Below are positions 43,990 through 52,381 of a DNA stretch of 64,000 nt, piece after piece. The position numbers and the translations under genes were made by a program. Numbering within the stretch: position 1 is the first letter of the stretch; every line of letters begins with the position of its first letter. The DNA comes from Candidatus Latescibacterota bacterium (GTDB lineage: Bacteria > Latescibacterota > UBA2968 > UBA8231): positions 1,088,001-1,152,000 of the forward strand of contig OZ253462.1 of NCBI GenBank assembly GCA_965261395.1. The letters are read 5' to 3'. The notes beneath the pieces were generated by a model. The model worked only from the letters and a program-made list of their open reading frames with translations. It had not been told where the DNA came from and searched no databases.

Positions 43990-44034
43990 CGGCTCGCCTT
44001 CGTCGTCAATGCGCACGAAGGCGGGCCGTTTTTT
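43990..44034 (+). terminator. Rho-independent terminator after the Gfo gene
   Basis: CGGCTCGCCTTCGT...ACGAAGGCGGGCCG followed by TTTTTT. Confidence 0.7.
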
Positions 44035-44061
44035 AGAGAGGTTCACAATAAGCTGTCTTAA

Positions 44062-44670
44062 GTCGCGGTACTGAACCAAAAGGGCGGATCGGGAAAAACG
44101 ACCTTGGCGATAAATCTGGCCGATGCGCTCCAAAGGGATGGGGAAACGGTGCTGCTAGTGGATGCTGACCCCCAGGGATCGGCGCGGGATTGGCACGAAG
44201 CTAACGGGGGCGAAGTTTTGGACGTGGTGGGCTTGGATCGGGAAACCTTGGCGCGGGATTTGAAGGTAGTGAGGGAATACGATTGGATTTTGATCGACGG
44301 CGCTCCCCAAATTGCCAAGCTCTCGGCTGTGGCCGTGAAAGTGGCCGATCTGGTTTTGATTCCCGTCCAGCCGTCGCCTTTTGACGTGTGGGCCTGCGCC
44401 GATCTGGTCGAAATGATTGAAGCGCGGCGGGCCGTTACCGGGGACAGGCCCTTGGCCTTCTTCGTCGTGTCTCGGGCGATTAAGAATACCAAGCTGGGCG
44501 GAGAGATCGTCGCGGCCTTGGAAGATTATGGCCTGCCCGTTTTCAAGTCAGGGACGACCCAGCGCGTTGTTTATCCTACTACTGCCAGCGAGGGGCGAAC
44601 CGTCCTAGCGGATTTCCCCGGCGAAATCGAGGCGATCAAACACGAACTCAAGGAGGCTCTTCAATGCTGA
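44062..44670 (+). pseudogene. parA: Plasmid-type ParA (ParF/StaA-like) ATPase lacking a canonical start
   Basis: Frame reads VAVLNQKGGSGKTT..VDADPQGS..IDGAP..PVQPSPFD directly after an in-frame TAA (44059-44061); no ATG/GTG/TTG before the Walker A. Confidence 0.75.
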
Positions 44671-44864
44671 AATCTAAGCGTTCCACGCGCCCATCTGAGG
44701 GCAAGCAGGCGGCACTGGACGTATTGAGCGCGGACGAAAAGGTGCGGCTGAATCTGGATATTCCCAAACAAACGATGCGTCAGCTCAAAATGCGGGCCGT
44801 CGAGGGAGACTGCTCAGTAAGCGACATCGTACGCAAATTAGTAGATGAGTATTTGAGTAAATAA
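44664..44864 (+). CDS. Ribbon-helix-helix partition partner (ParG-like)
   Basis: AAGGAGG RBS; RLNLDIP...LKMRA...VSDIVRKLV RHH pattern; overlaps the parA stop. Confidence 0.75.
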   Translation: MLKSKRSTRPSEGKQAALDVLSADEKVRLNLDIPKQTMRQLKMRAVEGDCSVSDIVRKLVDEYLSK

Positions 44865-44878
44865 TCATCTACTTAACT

Positions 44879-45763
44879 TCACAAATTAGAAGATCTCGAT
44901 GCCGATGCACGTGTACGCAAGCATGTGCTCGCCTTGCACAACTTCTGTTTAATAACCTTATCCTTTGGCAGGCGGATGTTCTTCACTACCCAGTCAGCCA
45001 ACTCCGCCCTTTCGATATAAAGATCGGCATTAATAGACGACTTTGGCCTTTCTAAAAGCACGAAAATAAGCCTATCAAGTACTGAACTTCCCTCACTAGA
45101 AATGATCTGAGTTTTGATCTGAATTGGCTTGTTTTGCTTGTGTTCATAATCGTCTGGAGCAAAGGGGAAATTGAAATGCAGTACCGCATCATAAAACTTG
45201 TGGTTGGAATCTGTTATGATTTTGCCAAGGAGACCCTTACGCGGCTGGTACTTGGGAAGACGCACCAGCGTTTTATGTACTGTTCGTGAAGCTCCTGCGT
45301 CTAGTCGGAATGCCACACGCCTAGCAGCGAATATGAACTGATCAAGATAAAATAGGTCTCCAGGGGACAAGCAGTAACCGAATATGTTGTATCGGCTATT
45401 CGGGTCTGTATATGGTTCTATCCGTTCTAGAAATTCGACAGGAGTTTCTTCTCCATTAAAAAACCCTGTTTTAAGTTGTGGAGGCTTAGTCAAGCGTTCT
45501 GGAAACAAGTCGGAAGCATACTGATTAACAGCTTTAAACAACTTGACCAGATCGTGATTATATTCTTTCGAGGGCTTTCTATTCAACAGCAGAGATGCCT
45601 TGAGATATTTCTCGATTGCTTGGCCGGCTGCCCAAAAAAAACCATTGACTATGTCTCCATGATGGGACATCCGTGCAAGAATATAGTCTTGGTCCGCTGT
45701 GTTTACGAAAAAATGTGTAACCACTTCGTTCTTCAGCACATTGAGTTGTGATTCAGTTCCCAT
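44879..45763 (-). CDS. HEPN-domain protein (extended)
   Basis: ADQDYILAR...FFWAAGQAIEKYLKA...NHDL...SRY pattern; visibly AT-rich relative to flanks. Confidence 0.72.
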   Translation of the reverse strand: MGTESQLNVLKNEVVTHFFVNTADQDYILARMSHHGDIVNGFFWAAGQAIEKYLKASLLLNRKPSKEYNHDLVKLFKAVNQYASDLFPERLTKPPQLKTGFFNGEETPVEFLERIEPYTDPNSRYNIFGYCLSPGDLFYLDQFIFAARRVAFRLDAGASRTVHKTLVRLPKYQPRKGLLGKIITDSNHKFYDAVLHFNFPFAPDDYEHKQNKPIQIKTQIISSEGSSVLDRLIFVLLERPKSSINADLYIERAELADWVVKNIRLPKDKVIKQKLCKASTCLRTRASASRSSNL

Positions 45764-45995
45764 AATCTGGCTCCGTGGGACTGACGGCTTTACCGTTCAG
45801 GGGAATAGGTGTTTTCACCTCCTCTGTTATAGTTCCGCCGCATGCCACTCATGCGGTCGGTCGCCCTTGAGCGCGTGTACACTGGCGCAGATTTACTTGT
45901 TCGTCAAGGTCGCGGAGATCGAGGCGAGCGGAAATTCCCGATAATCGACGTTATCTTTCATTGGGCACCGTAACGACGCAAGACCTCGACAGTCT

Positions 45996-46208
45996 CTAAG
46001 TATCTGCGACAAGTAGCTGGGCTTGTTGGTCGAGCCCCGTAATGGCGCTCTGAATTACATCGACTTCGCGCTTTTCAAAGTACGCCTCACCACATTGGGC
46101 ACAGACCCAAGCCGGGACTGTGTCGAACACCAAGTGATGGCCTTTGTGGTCAACATGGAAGGGGGCCTTCGATCGCTTCATCTGCCCATGACAATGGATG
46201 CAGTTCAT
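45996..46208 (-). CDS. YgiT-type zinc-finger protein
   Basis: MNCIHC...VPAWVCAQCGEAYF. Confidence 0.82.
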   Translation of the reverse strand: MNCIHCHGQMKRSKAPFHVDHKGHHLVFDTVPAWVCAQCGEAYFEKREVDVIQSAITGLDQQAQLLVADT

Positions 46209-46223
46209 TGTGACCAAAGCCAA

Positions 46224-46421
46224 TCAGACTCTCTTGGTACTTCCCGCATCTTTCAGGATAGCATTTGCCGTATGGCGACTTTTCAGGTTACGCGGCACCA
46301 GCAAAATTTTGCCGGTATTCAAGCACTTCCACTTTTCGTGTGAACCTTTTGCGTTTTTCCAATACTCAAAACCGAATTTGGCAATCTCTCTGGTGACTGT
46401 TCTGTAGAATTCATCTGCCAA
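46224..46421 (-). CDS. hicA: HicA-family toxin
   Basis: GF...KGSHEKW...VP...TANAILKDAG. Confidence 0.85.
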   Translation of the reverse strand: MADEFYRTVTREIAKFGFEYWKNAKGSHEKWKCLNTGKILLVPRNLKSRHTANAILKDAGSTKRV

Positions 46422-46422
46422 G

Positions 46423-46674
46423 TTATGATCTCACTCCCTCTGTCTCCGATCTCTCCCACAAAATGGCCGGTATCAGATCCTTGAGAGTGTGTTCGGCAAT
46501 CTCGGACGCACTTCGATGGTTGGCCATAATCAATTCAGGTGCCGCGTCCAGCATGATTCCTTCAAATTCATCAAGACTGGCAGCCTCAATATGTAAGCCC
46601 TCAATGTCGCTTTGGGCATAGAAGACCTGCGCCTCATCGTCCCAGATAGCCTTCACGCTAAAAGTGCGCTTCAT
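46423..46674 (-). CDS. DUF1902 / HicB-like antitoxin
   Basis: VKAIWDDEAQVFYAQSDIEGLHIEA; GGAGG RBS; adjacent to hicA. Confidence 0.8.
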   Translation of the reverse strand: MKRTFSVKAIWDDEAQVFYAQSDIEGLHIEAASLDEFEGIMLDAAPELIMANHRSASEIAEHTLKDLIPAILWERSETEGVRS

Positions 46675-46710
46675 AATGTGTTCCTCCGATTGGTGTGCCT
46701 TCTCTCCAGC

Positions 46711-47835
46711 CTACCAGTCCACGACCGACCCGTCGTCGGGATCCAAGCGAGCTTGATAGGAATGCGGTTCGCCGACTTGGTCCATGAGCTTGTCTTCGTC
46801 GATGGTGATGCCGAGGCCGGGATCGGTGGGCAGGGGTCGGTGGCCGTTGGCCACTGGTGCCAAGGGTTTGGCAAGCAGATCCGCGTATTCGTTGTCGCCG
46901 CGCTCTTGGATGAGAAAGTTGGGGATGGCAGCGGCGACTTGCAGACTCGCGGCGAGCGAACAGGGACCTTGGGGGTTGTGTGGGGCCAGCGGTGAGTAGT
47001 AAGCCTCGGCCATGCCGGCGATGATCTTCAATTCGGTGATGCCGCCGGCATAGCAAACGTCCGGCTGGAGGATGTGGGCGGCGCGCTTTTCGAGAATTTC
47101 CTTGAACCCCCACTTGGTAAAGATGCGCTCGCCAGTGGCAATGGGGATGTGGGTTTTTTCGGCGAGCTCGGCCATGACGTCGATGTTGAGGGCCTGCACA
47201 ATTTCCTCGTAAAACCAAGGATGATACGGTTCGAGCGCTTTGATGAGCAGCGAGGCGGTAGGAGGCTGTACCGCGCCGTGAAAGTCAACGGCGATATCGA
47301 CGCCGGAGCCGTGTTGTTCGCGGAGCGCCTTGAAACGCTCGACAATCTCATCGACAAATTTTTGCCCCTCAATGTATTTGAAGGGGGAACGCGACGTGCC
47401 CGGACCCACCTTCATGGCGTTGACCCCGGTCTTCTCGCTCACTTCGCCGTAAACCCGAATCCGCTCGCGCGTGGGACCGCCGAGCAGCTTGTACACGGGC
47501 ACGCCATAGCATTTGCCGGTGATGTCCCAAAGGGCCATATCAATGCCGGAGGAGATGGCGGTTTTGATCGGGCCGCCGCGATAGAAGGCTCCTCGGTGAA
47601 TGGCCTGCCAGTGGAAGGTGACTGGGCGGGGATCCTTGCCCACTAGATAGTCGGCGACTTCGAGCGCGCCGGCGGCACAGGCCTTGGCGTCGTCCTTGAG
47701 CATTTCGCCCCAACCGGTGATACCCGCGTCCGTCGAGATCTTGACGAAGACCCAGGAGTTTTTGAGAACGAACGTCTCGATCTTGGTGACCTTAATCGCA
47801 TCGTTGGGACCGATGGGGGCTTCAGTGCTCGACAT
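46711..47835 (-). CDS. dgoD: Galactonate dehydratase-like enolase-superfamily enzyme
   Basis: GWGE, FYRGG, GIDMALWDI, DFHG, EE, ATGER, QPD, APHN. Confidence 0.78.
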   Translation of the reverse strand: MSSTEAPIGPNDAIKVTKIETFVLKNSWVFVKISTDAGITGWGEMLKDDAKACAAGALEVADYLVGKDPRPVTFHWQAIHRGAFYRGGPIKTAISSGIDMALWDITGKCYGVPVYKLLGGPTRERIRVYGEVSEKTGVNAMKVGPGTSRSPFKYIEGQKFVDEIVERFKALREQHGSGVDIAVDFHGAVQPPTASLLIKALEPYHPWFYEEIVQALNIDVMAELAEKTHIPIATGERIFTKWGFKEILEKRAAHILQPDVCYAGGITELKIIAGMAEAYYSPLAPHNPQGPCSLAASLQVAAAIPNFLIQERGDNEYADLLAKPLAPVANGHRPLPTDPGLGITIDEDKLMDQVGEPHSYQARLDPDDGSVVDW

Positions 47836-47902
47836 GGCGGTAATCCTTTGGTTACAGGGCGATCATTTGCGGGAAGGATGAACGGAGTTATCAGCTAGCG
47901 GG

Positions 47903-48913
47903 TCAAGGGCTGTGAGGCGCAGTAGATGCAGCCGAAGTCGCGCTGGCAATGCGCCAGCGTCCGTCGAGATCACAGGCTTCGTAGAACATGCGGAAGCGGC
48001 CGTCGGCGAGATCGATCACACACGGCTCTGAGGCCTTGGCTGCGTCCCATGATCCCCCATTGTCAATGCAGATTCCCGGATCCTTGACCCACAGCAGACC
48101 GTCCTTGGAAAATGCGCTGAAGATTCTGCCGTGATACTTTGATCCACCTAGTACCTCTGGAGCCGCCGTCCAGCCTGCGTAGTACATGCGGAAGCCGCCC
48201 TCACCTAGGCGCAAAACCTCCGGGGCATAGACGGCATAGGTTTCGAAAGCTCGGTCCTGGGGTATGCGAACGCCGGGCTCCAACTCGAACACTAGACCAT
48301 CTTCTGACACTGCGCTGACGATGTTTTTGTTGTTGCAAGCAACATCTGGATAGGGATAGGCACTGGCGTAGAGGCGAAAGTGGGGGCCGCCCTGCTCTGC
48401 GGCCGGGTCAAGGTGAAGACAGCGAGGTGCCAGATAGGAGACGCTTGCTCCGGCCAGGCGCAGGCCCGGCTCTCGTTCCCAGACCAGACCGTCGTCGGAA
48501 ACAGAACTCACAATTGCGGCCTTAACTTGGCCGTCCCCCTGCTCGGTCTTCCCCTCGTAGTACATGCGGTAGCGGCCATCCGCTAGCGGAATGACGTCCG
48601 GGCTCCAGATGTAGTGCTCGGCACCGTCCCCGCCCGCATCCATTCTGACACCCGGCTCCTTCTCCCAGCGCTCGGCATCGGTGGAGAAGGCACTGAGGAT
48701 GTAACCCTTTGAAGCCGCGTTTGGACGCTGCGGCCCGAGGCCGTGATAGTACATGCGGTACCCGTCTTCCACTTTGACCACGTTCGGAGTGAGGGTTCGG
48801 TCCGAATCGAGCGGTCCGTCGGAATTGATGGCGACGTCGGCGTCCTTGATCCACTGAGTTCCGGGATCCACGTCCTGATAGTGGACGGCTCTGAGCATGT
48901 TTGCAGATGTCAT
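47903..48913 (-). CDS. Five-bladed beta-propeller hydrolase-like protein (GH32/43/130-type fold)
   Basis: Five repeats of P..v....G.[YF]RMYY.G...S..S.DG..W; no signal peptide. Confidence 0.7.
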   Translation of the reverse strand: MTSANMLRAVHYQDVDPGTQWIKDADVAINSDGPLDSDRTLTPNVVKVEDGYRMYYHGLGPQRPNAASKGYILSAFSTDAERWEKEPGVRMDAGGDGAEHYIWSPDVIPLADGRYRMYYEGKTEQGDGQVKAAIVSSVSDDGLVWEREPGLRLAGASVSYLAPRCLHLDPAAEQGGPHFRLYASAYPYPDVACNNKNIVSAVSEDGLVFELEPGVRIPQDRAFETYAVYAPEVLRLGEGGFRMYYAGWTAAPEVLGGSKYHGRIFSAFSKDGLLWVKDPGICIDNGGSWDAAKASEPCVIDLADGRFRMFYEACDLDGRWRIASATSAASTAPHSP

Positions 48914-49011
48914 TTTAGTCTCTTGGTGTCGATTAACTGAGCAGCAGCACCTTTGCTCGTAGGCACCTCGTATTGAGATCGTTGGCCTGAAAGTCGCTAG
49001 GCACTGGCCTG

Positions 49012-49806
49012 CTACTTGCGCCGAGCACCTTGGCGACCAACCCGATAGCTACTTGCCGTATAGGTCAACGTCTGCCCAGGCTGCATCTCCACCACCTGCG
49101 TATTCGGCGAGAGGAATTTTACCGCTTCGCTCAATGCGCCGATGTCGGCTGGCTGATTCATAATCGGCCCGTAGTGGCAGGGAATGACGATGTCGGGACG
49201 GATTAGGCTCGCCGCCCGCGCCGCCTCGCGGATCCCCATTGTGTACTGCCCGCCCACCGGCATAATTGCAATCTGCGGTCCGTACATCTGGCCGATGAGC
49301 TGCATATCGCTGAACAGGCAGGTATCGGCCGTGTCGTATATGGAAATGCCGTTGTTGTAAGCCACGACGAAGCCATTGACCGCGCTGTCGGGATGGAAGA
49401 GCAGCCCCGCCGGCAGCTCGGCACCGATCACGTGCGTCGATAGCGACTGCGAATGATGCCCCTGCACCATGGTGATCGTGGCGTCCTTGACCTTGACCGC
49501 GCCGCCGGGGTTCATCGACAATGCCCGCGAGCCCATCTTGAGCCCATGCACGGTCTCGGCGACCGAGCAAAGCTCGTAGTTGCCGACGAACTTGGCCTTG
49601 GTGCGCTTGCAGATCTCGTAGGAGTCGCCGATGTGGTCGCTGTGGCCGTGGCTGGCGATGACGATATCGGCGGCTTTAACCTGACTGAGCTTCATCTTGG
49701 CGGTGGGATTGCTGTCGAGCCAAGCGTCGAAGTAGGTGACTGAGCCTTTGTCGGACTCAAAGCGGAAAGAAGCGTGGCCGATAAAGGTGATTTTCACGGA
49801 TGCCAT
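49012..49806 (-). CDS. Metallo-beta-lactamase-fold hydrolase (UPF0173-like)
   Basis: GHASF, SHGHSDH, DT, PVGG.YTM, IPCHY. Confidence 0.88.
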   Translation of the reverse strand: MASVKITFIGHASFRFESDKGSVTYFDAWLDSNPTAKMKLSQVKAADIVIASHGHSDHIGDSYEICKRTKAKFVGNYELCSVAETVHGLKMGSRALSMNPGGAVKVKDATITMVQGHHSQSLSTHVIGAELPAGLLFHPDSAVNGFVVAYNNGISIYDTADTCLFSDMQLIGQMYGPQIAIMPVGGQYTMGIREAARAASLIRPDIVIPCHYGPIMNQPADIGALSEAVKFLSPNTQVVEMQPGQTLTYTASSYRVGRQGARRK

Positions 49807-49823
49807 AAGGATGGTCCTTTCTG

Positions 49824-50642
49824 TTAGCGTTGGCTTAGATCGTCGCCGAGGTCCGTCGAGTCGAACTGCCCCTTCTCGGCGCAGACGGCGACGACCAGCA
49901 ATTCGAGATTTTCTTGGGTGTGGTTATAGAGGCCGTGGCTGCCCCCTAGCCGACTGGGAATCGCGTCCCACTGCGCGACCTCCTGCGTCTCATCGTCCAC
50001 CGTCATTCGCCCGCTACCTTCGATGATGATATAGACCTCTTCGACGCCTTGGTGGCGGTGGTAGCCGAGCGAAGTGTCTGGCGGCAACAGACAGTGGGCC
50101 AAACAGTAGAAATTGCTGCGGAAGTCCTCCGGCCCCCAGATGAGCCGACCGCCGACTTCGCCCTTGCCGCCGTGCGCTTGGCTGTATTTCAGCGCACCGC
50201 GGTCTAGCCGCCCCACCGGCAGGCGGTCGGTAGACTCCAATTCAGCACCGACCCGGTCGTCGCCCAGATCGGTCGATTTGGGATCGCCGCCGGGAACCAC
50301 ACAGTGGACGTTGAACCAGCGCGTCTCGCGGTCGGTGTGGTTGTAGATGGCGTGGATCTCGCCCGAGCGCAACGGTACCGCAGCCCCACCCTCAACTACG
50401 GCCGTGCGCCCGTTGTGGGTGAACTGCGAGGCGTTGTCAATGGCGATAAAAATCTCCTCGCTGTCGTCGTGGCGGTGGTAGCCAATCCCGCCGCCGGGTA
50501 GGAGAATCGCGCAGTGGACGAAGGCGAAAGGCGTCGCAAAATCGGCGCGGTCCCACAAGCTATTGAAGAGGATCGTCCCGGCCCCGCCGTGGACGTCGCT
50601 CAGCTCCTTCATATCTGCATGGTCTGCACTTGCTACGCGCAT
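49824..50642 (-). CDS. Bicupin protein
   Basis: Two cupin halves: GYHRHDDSEE...H and GYHRHQGVEE...H. Confidence 0.85.
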   Translation of the reverse strand: MRVASADHADMKELSDVHGGAGTILFNSLWDRADFATPFAFVHCAILLPGGGIGYHRHDDSEEIFIAIDNASQFTHNGRTAVVEGGAAVPLRSGEIHAIYNHTDRETRWFNVHCVVPGGDPKSTDLGDDRVGAELESTDRLPVGRLDRGALKYSQAHGGKGEVGGRLIWGPEDFRSNFYCLAHCLLPPDTSLGYHRHQGVEEVYIIIEGSGRMTVDDETQEVAQWDAIPSRLGGSHGLYNHTQENLELLVVAVCAEKGQFDSTDLGDDLSQR

Positions 50643-50649
50643 AGTGGCC

Positions 50650-51021
50650 TCATTTCTCGCGGTGAAAGAGTTGAAGGTTCAGTTGGTTCGGCCCCTCAAA
50701 AAACCCCAAGGTGATACCGGTCCCCCCACCGACGTCGAAAGGCTCTTTGGTGATGGTGACTCCCTTGTCCTCCAAGTCCTGTGCGCTGTTTTCCACGCTA
50801 TCGACCTTAAAGGAAATGTGGTGGAAGCCAGAGGCCTGCCCCATGCTCTTTTGCGGCATGAGTTCCAGCAGGATCCCGCCGGCGTCGAGGAAGACATAGT
50901 CCTCGTCGTCGTCGTTGGCAAAGCGCTCTACCACGGTCAGCCCTAGTTTCTGAGTGTAAAACGCCACCGCTCCTTCGATATCGTCGGTGATGACCGCGAT
51001 CTTGTGGATTTTGTGTACCAT
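50650..51021 (-). CDS. VOC/glyoxalase family protein
   Basis: FYTQKLGL, LELM, HHISFKV. Confidence 0.85.
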   Translation of the reverse strand: MVHKIHKIAVITDDIEGAVAFYTQKLGLTVVERFANDDDEDYVFLDAGGILLELMPQKSMGQASGFHHISFKVDSVENSAQDLEDKGVTITKEPFDVGGGTGITLGFFEGPNQLNLQLFHREK

Positions 51022-51038
51022 CGAATCTCTCCTCTTCG

Positions 51039-51836
51039 TTAGCTAACCTGTTCGTGGTCGAGATGCTTGCGCAGCCGCCGTCCGACCACGCCGATTTGGT
51101 GTTTGAAGTCTTGAAAAGTATAGCTCTGGTGCGATTTCCAGTAGGAGTTCCACAGTGAGTCGTCCTTGTCCTTGACTTCGGCTAGTCGCGTCAGCGAGCG
51201 GCCCAGCTCGGTGCGGCGGAAGTTGCGGTAGGCTTGCTCGGTCAGGTAGTAGCCGTATTGGGGGTCGGCCACCTCGTAGCCGTATTTGATCATGGAGCGC
51301 GGCTTGGCGGACAAATGCGCGGCGCGGGCGTGGAGAATCGAGGCAAAGGTCACGGCGAGGGCACCGGCCTTGGCGACTACTTTTTGCTGCCCGCGGATCC
51401 AGCCGAGCTTAGCGGTCTGCGGCGGCGTGTAGAGTCGCCGGTGGCTGCCGGGCAACAGCATGGTCGGCCCCATGTCTTCCTCCACGTCCTGCGGGTAGTA
51501 CATGCACAAGATCTCGGTCAGCGGCCGGTCGGCCATATAGGTGTCGTCCACGTGCCAGCCGCCGCCGTCGCTTTGGCCGCCTTGCGTAAGGTGGTTCCAG
51601 AAGCGGAAGGGGCTGATGGCGACCTCGGGCGTCTCCAGCAGGAAGGCGATGAATTCGACGATCTTGGCATGGCAGAGCAAATCGCCGATGCTCTCGCGCT
51701 CGAAAATGTCGATAGCACCGTACTGGTGGGCGTCCTGCTTGGTTTGCTCCACCAACTCAGGCTCGACCCAGCCGTCGAGTACGACGTAGCCGGTGTCGAA
51801 GAATTCTTTTTTCAGCTCTTTCCAGTTGGCTTCCAT
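51039..51836 (-). CDS. PhyH-family Fe(II)/2OG dioxygenase
   Basis: GYVVL, WHVD, GPT.LLPGSH, ILHAR...PRS. Confidence 0.85.
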   Translation of the reverse strand: MEANWKELKKEFFDTGYVVLDGWVEPELVEQTKQDAHQYGAIDIFERESIGDLLCHAKIVEFIAFLLETPEVAISPFRFWNHLTQGGQSDGGGWHVDDTYMADRPLTEILCMYYPQDVEEDMGPTMLLPGSHRRLYTPPQTAKLGWIRGQQKVVAKAGALAVTFASILHARAAHLSAKPRSMIKYGYEVADPQYGYYLTEQAYRNFRRTELGRSLTRLAEVKDKDDSLWNSYWKSHQSYTFQDFKHQIGVVGRRLRKHLDHEQVS

Positions 51837-51848
51837 GGTCCCCTCCGT

Positions 51849-52250
51849 TTATTGACGCTGGCCGTGCGGCGTGAAATCCAGCCCCTCGCCGGGCTGGAAG
51901 TAGCGCTCTAGGATAAACTCAAACCCGAGTTGGTTGTGGGCGTTTTCCATCGGGTACTCTACGCCCGGAAAAGATACCACCCGCCATCCGTCGGCCATAG
52001 CTGCGGCCGCGTTGGCATAAGGACATTCGTTTTTGGGGTCGAAGCGGAACTCGCTATCAAAGGGGCCGAAGTAGTTCCACGCGATGACGCCCGAGTCGAT
52101 GCGGTCTTGGTCGGCCCAGATGTAGAGGAGGTGCTGCTGATCGCCGCCCTGTAGGTCGCGCAGCGCGTCTAAATCCTGCAAAGTGACGCCCGCGCCGCTT
52201 AAAATTTTCTCTTGCGACTGGCGTATCCAGCCATCTATAGCAGTGGTCAT
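51849..52250 (-). CDS. Hypothetical protein upstream of PhyH
   Basis: ATG 52250 with GGAG RBS; ends 12 bp before the PhyH start. Confidence 0.7.
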   Translation of the reverse strand: MTTAIDGWIRQSQEKILSGAGVTLQDLDALRDLQGGDQQHLLYIWADQDRIDSGVIAWNYFGPFDSEFRFDPKNECPYANAAAAMADGWRVVSFPGVEYPMENAHNQLGFEFILERYFQPGEGLDFTPHGQRQ

Positions 52251-52381
52251 ATTGGCTCCAGTAGGTTCAAATTTCGGCAGCAAATATAGAGCGAGCGAAC
52301 GAATCGCCGCAAGCTCGGCAGGGCTTGGCCGCTGCTAGCCGTGCCCCTATGTTCTGAGCCAAACAAAATCAGGAGGCTGTC

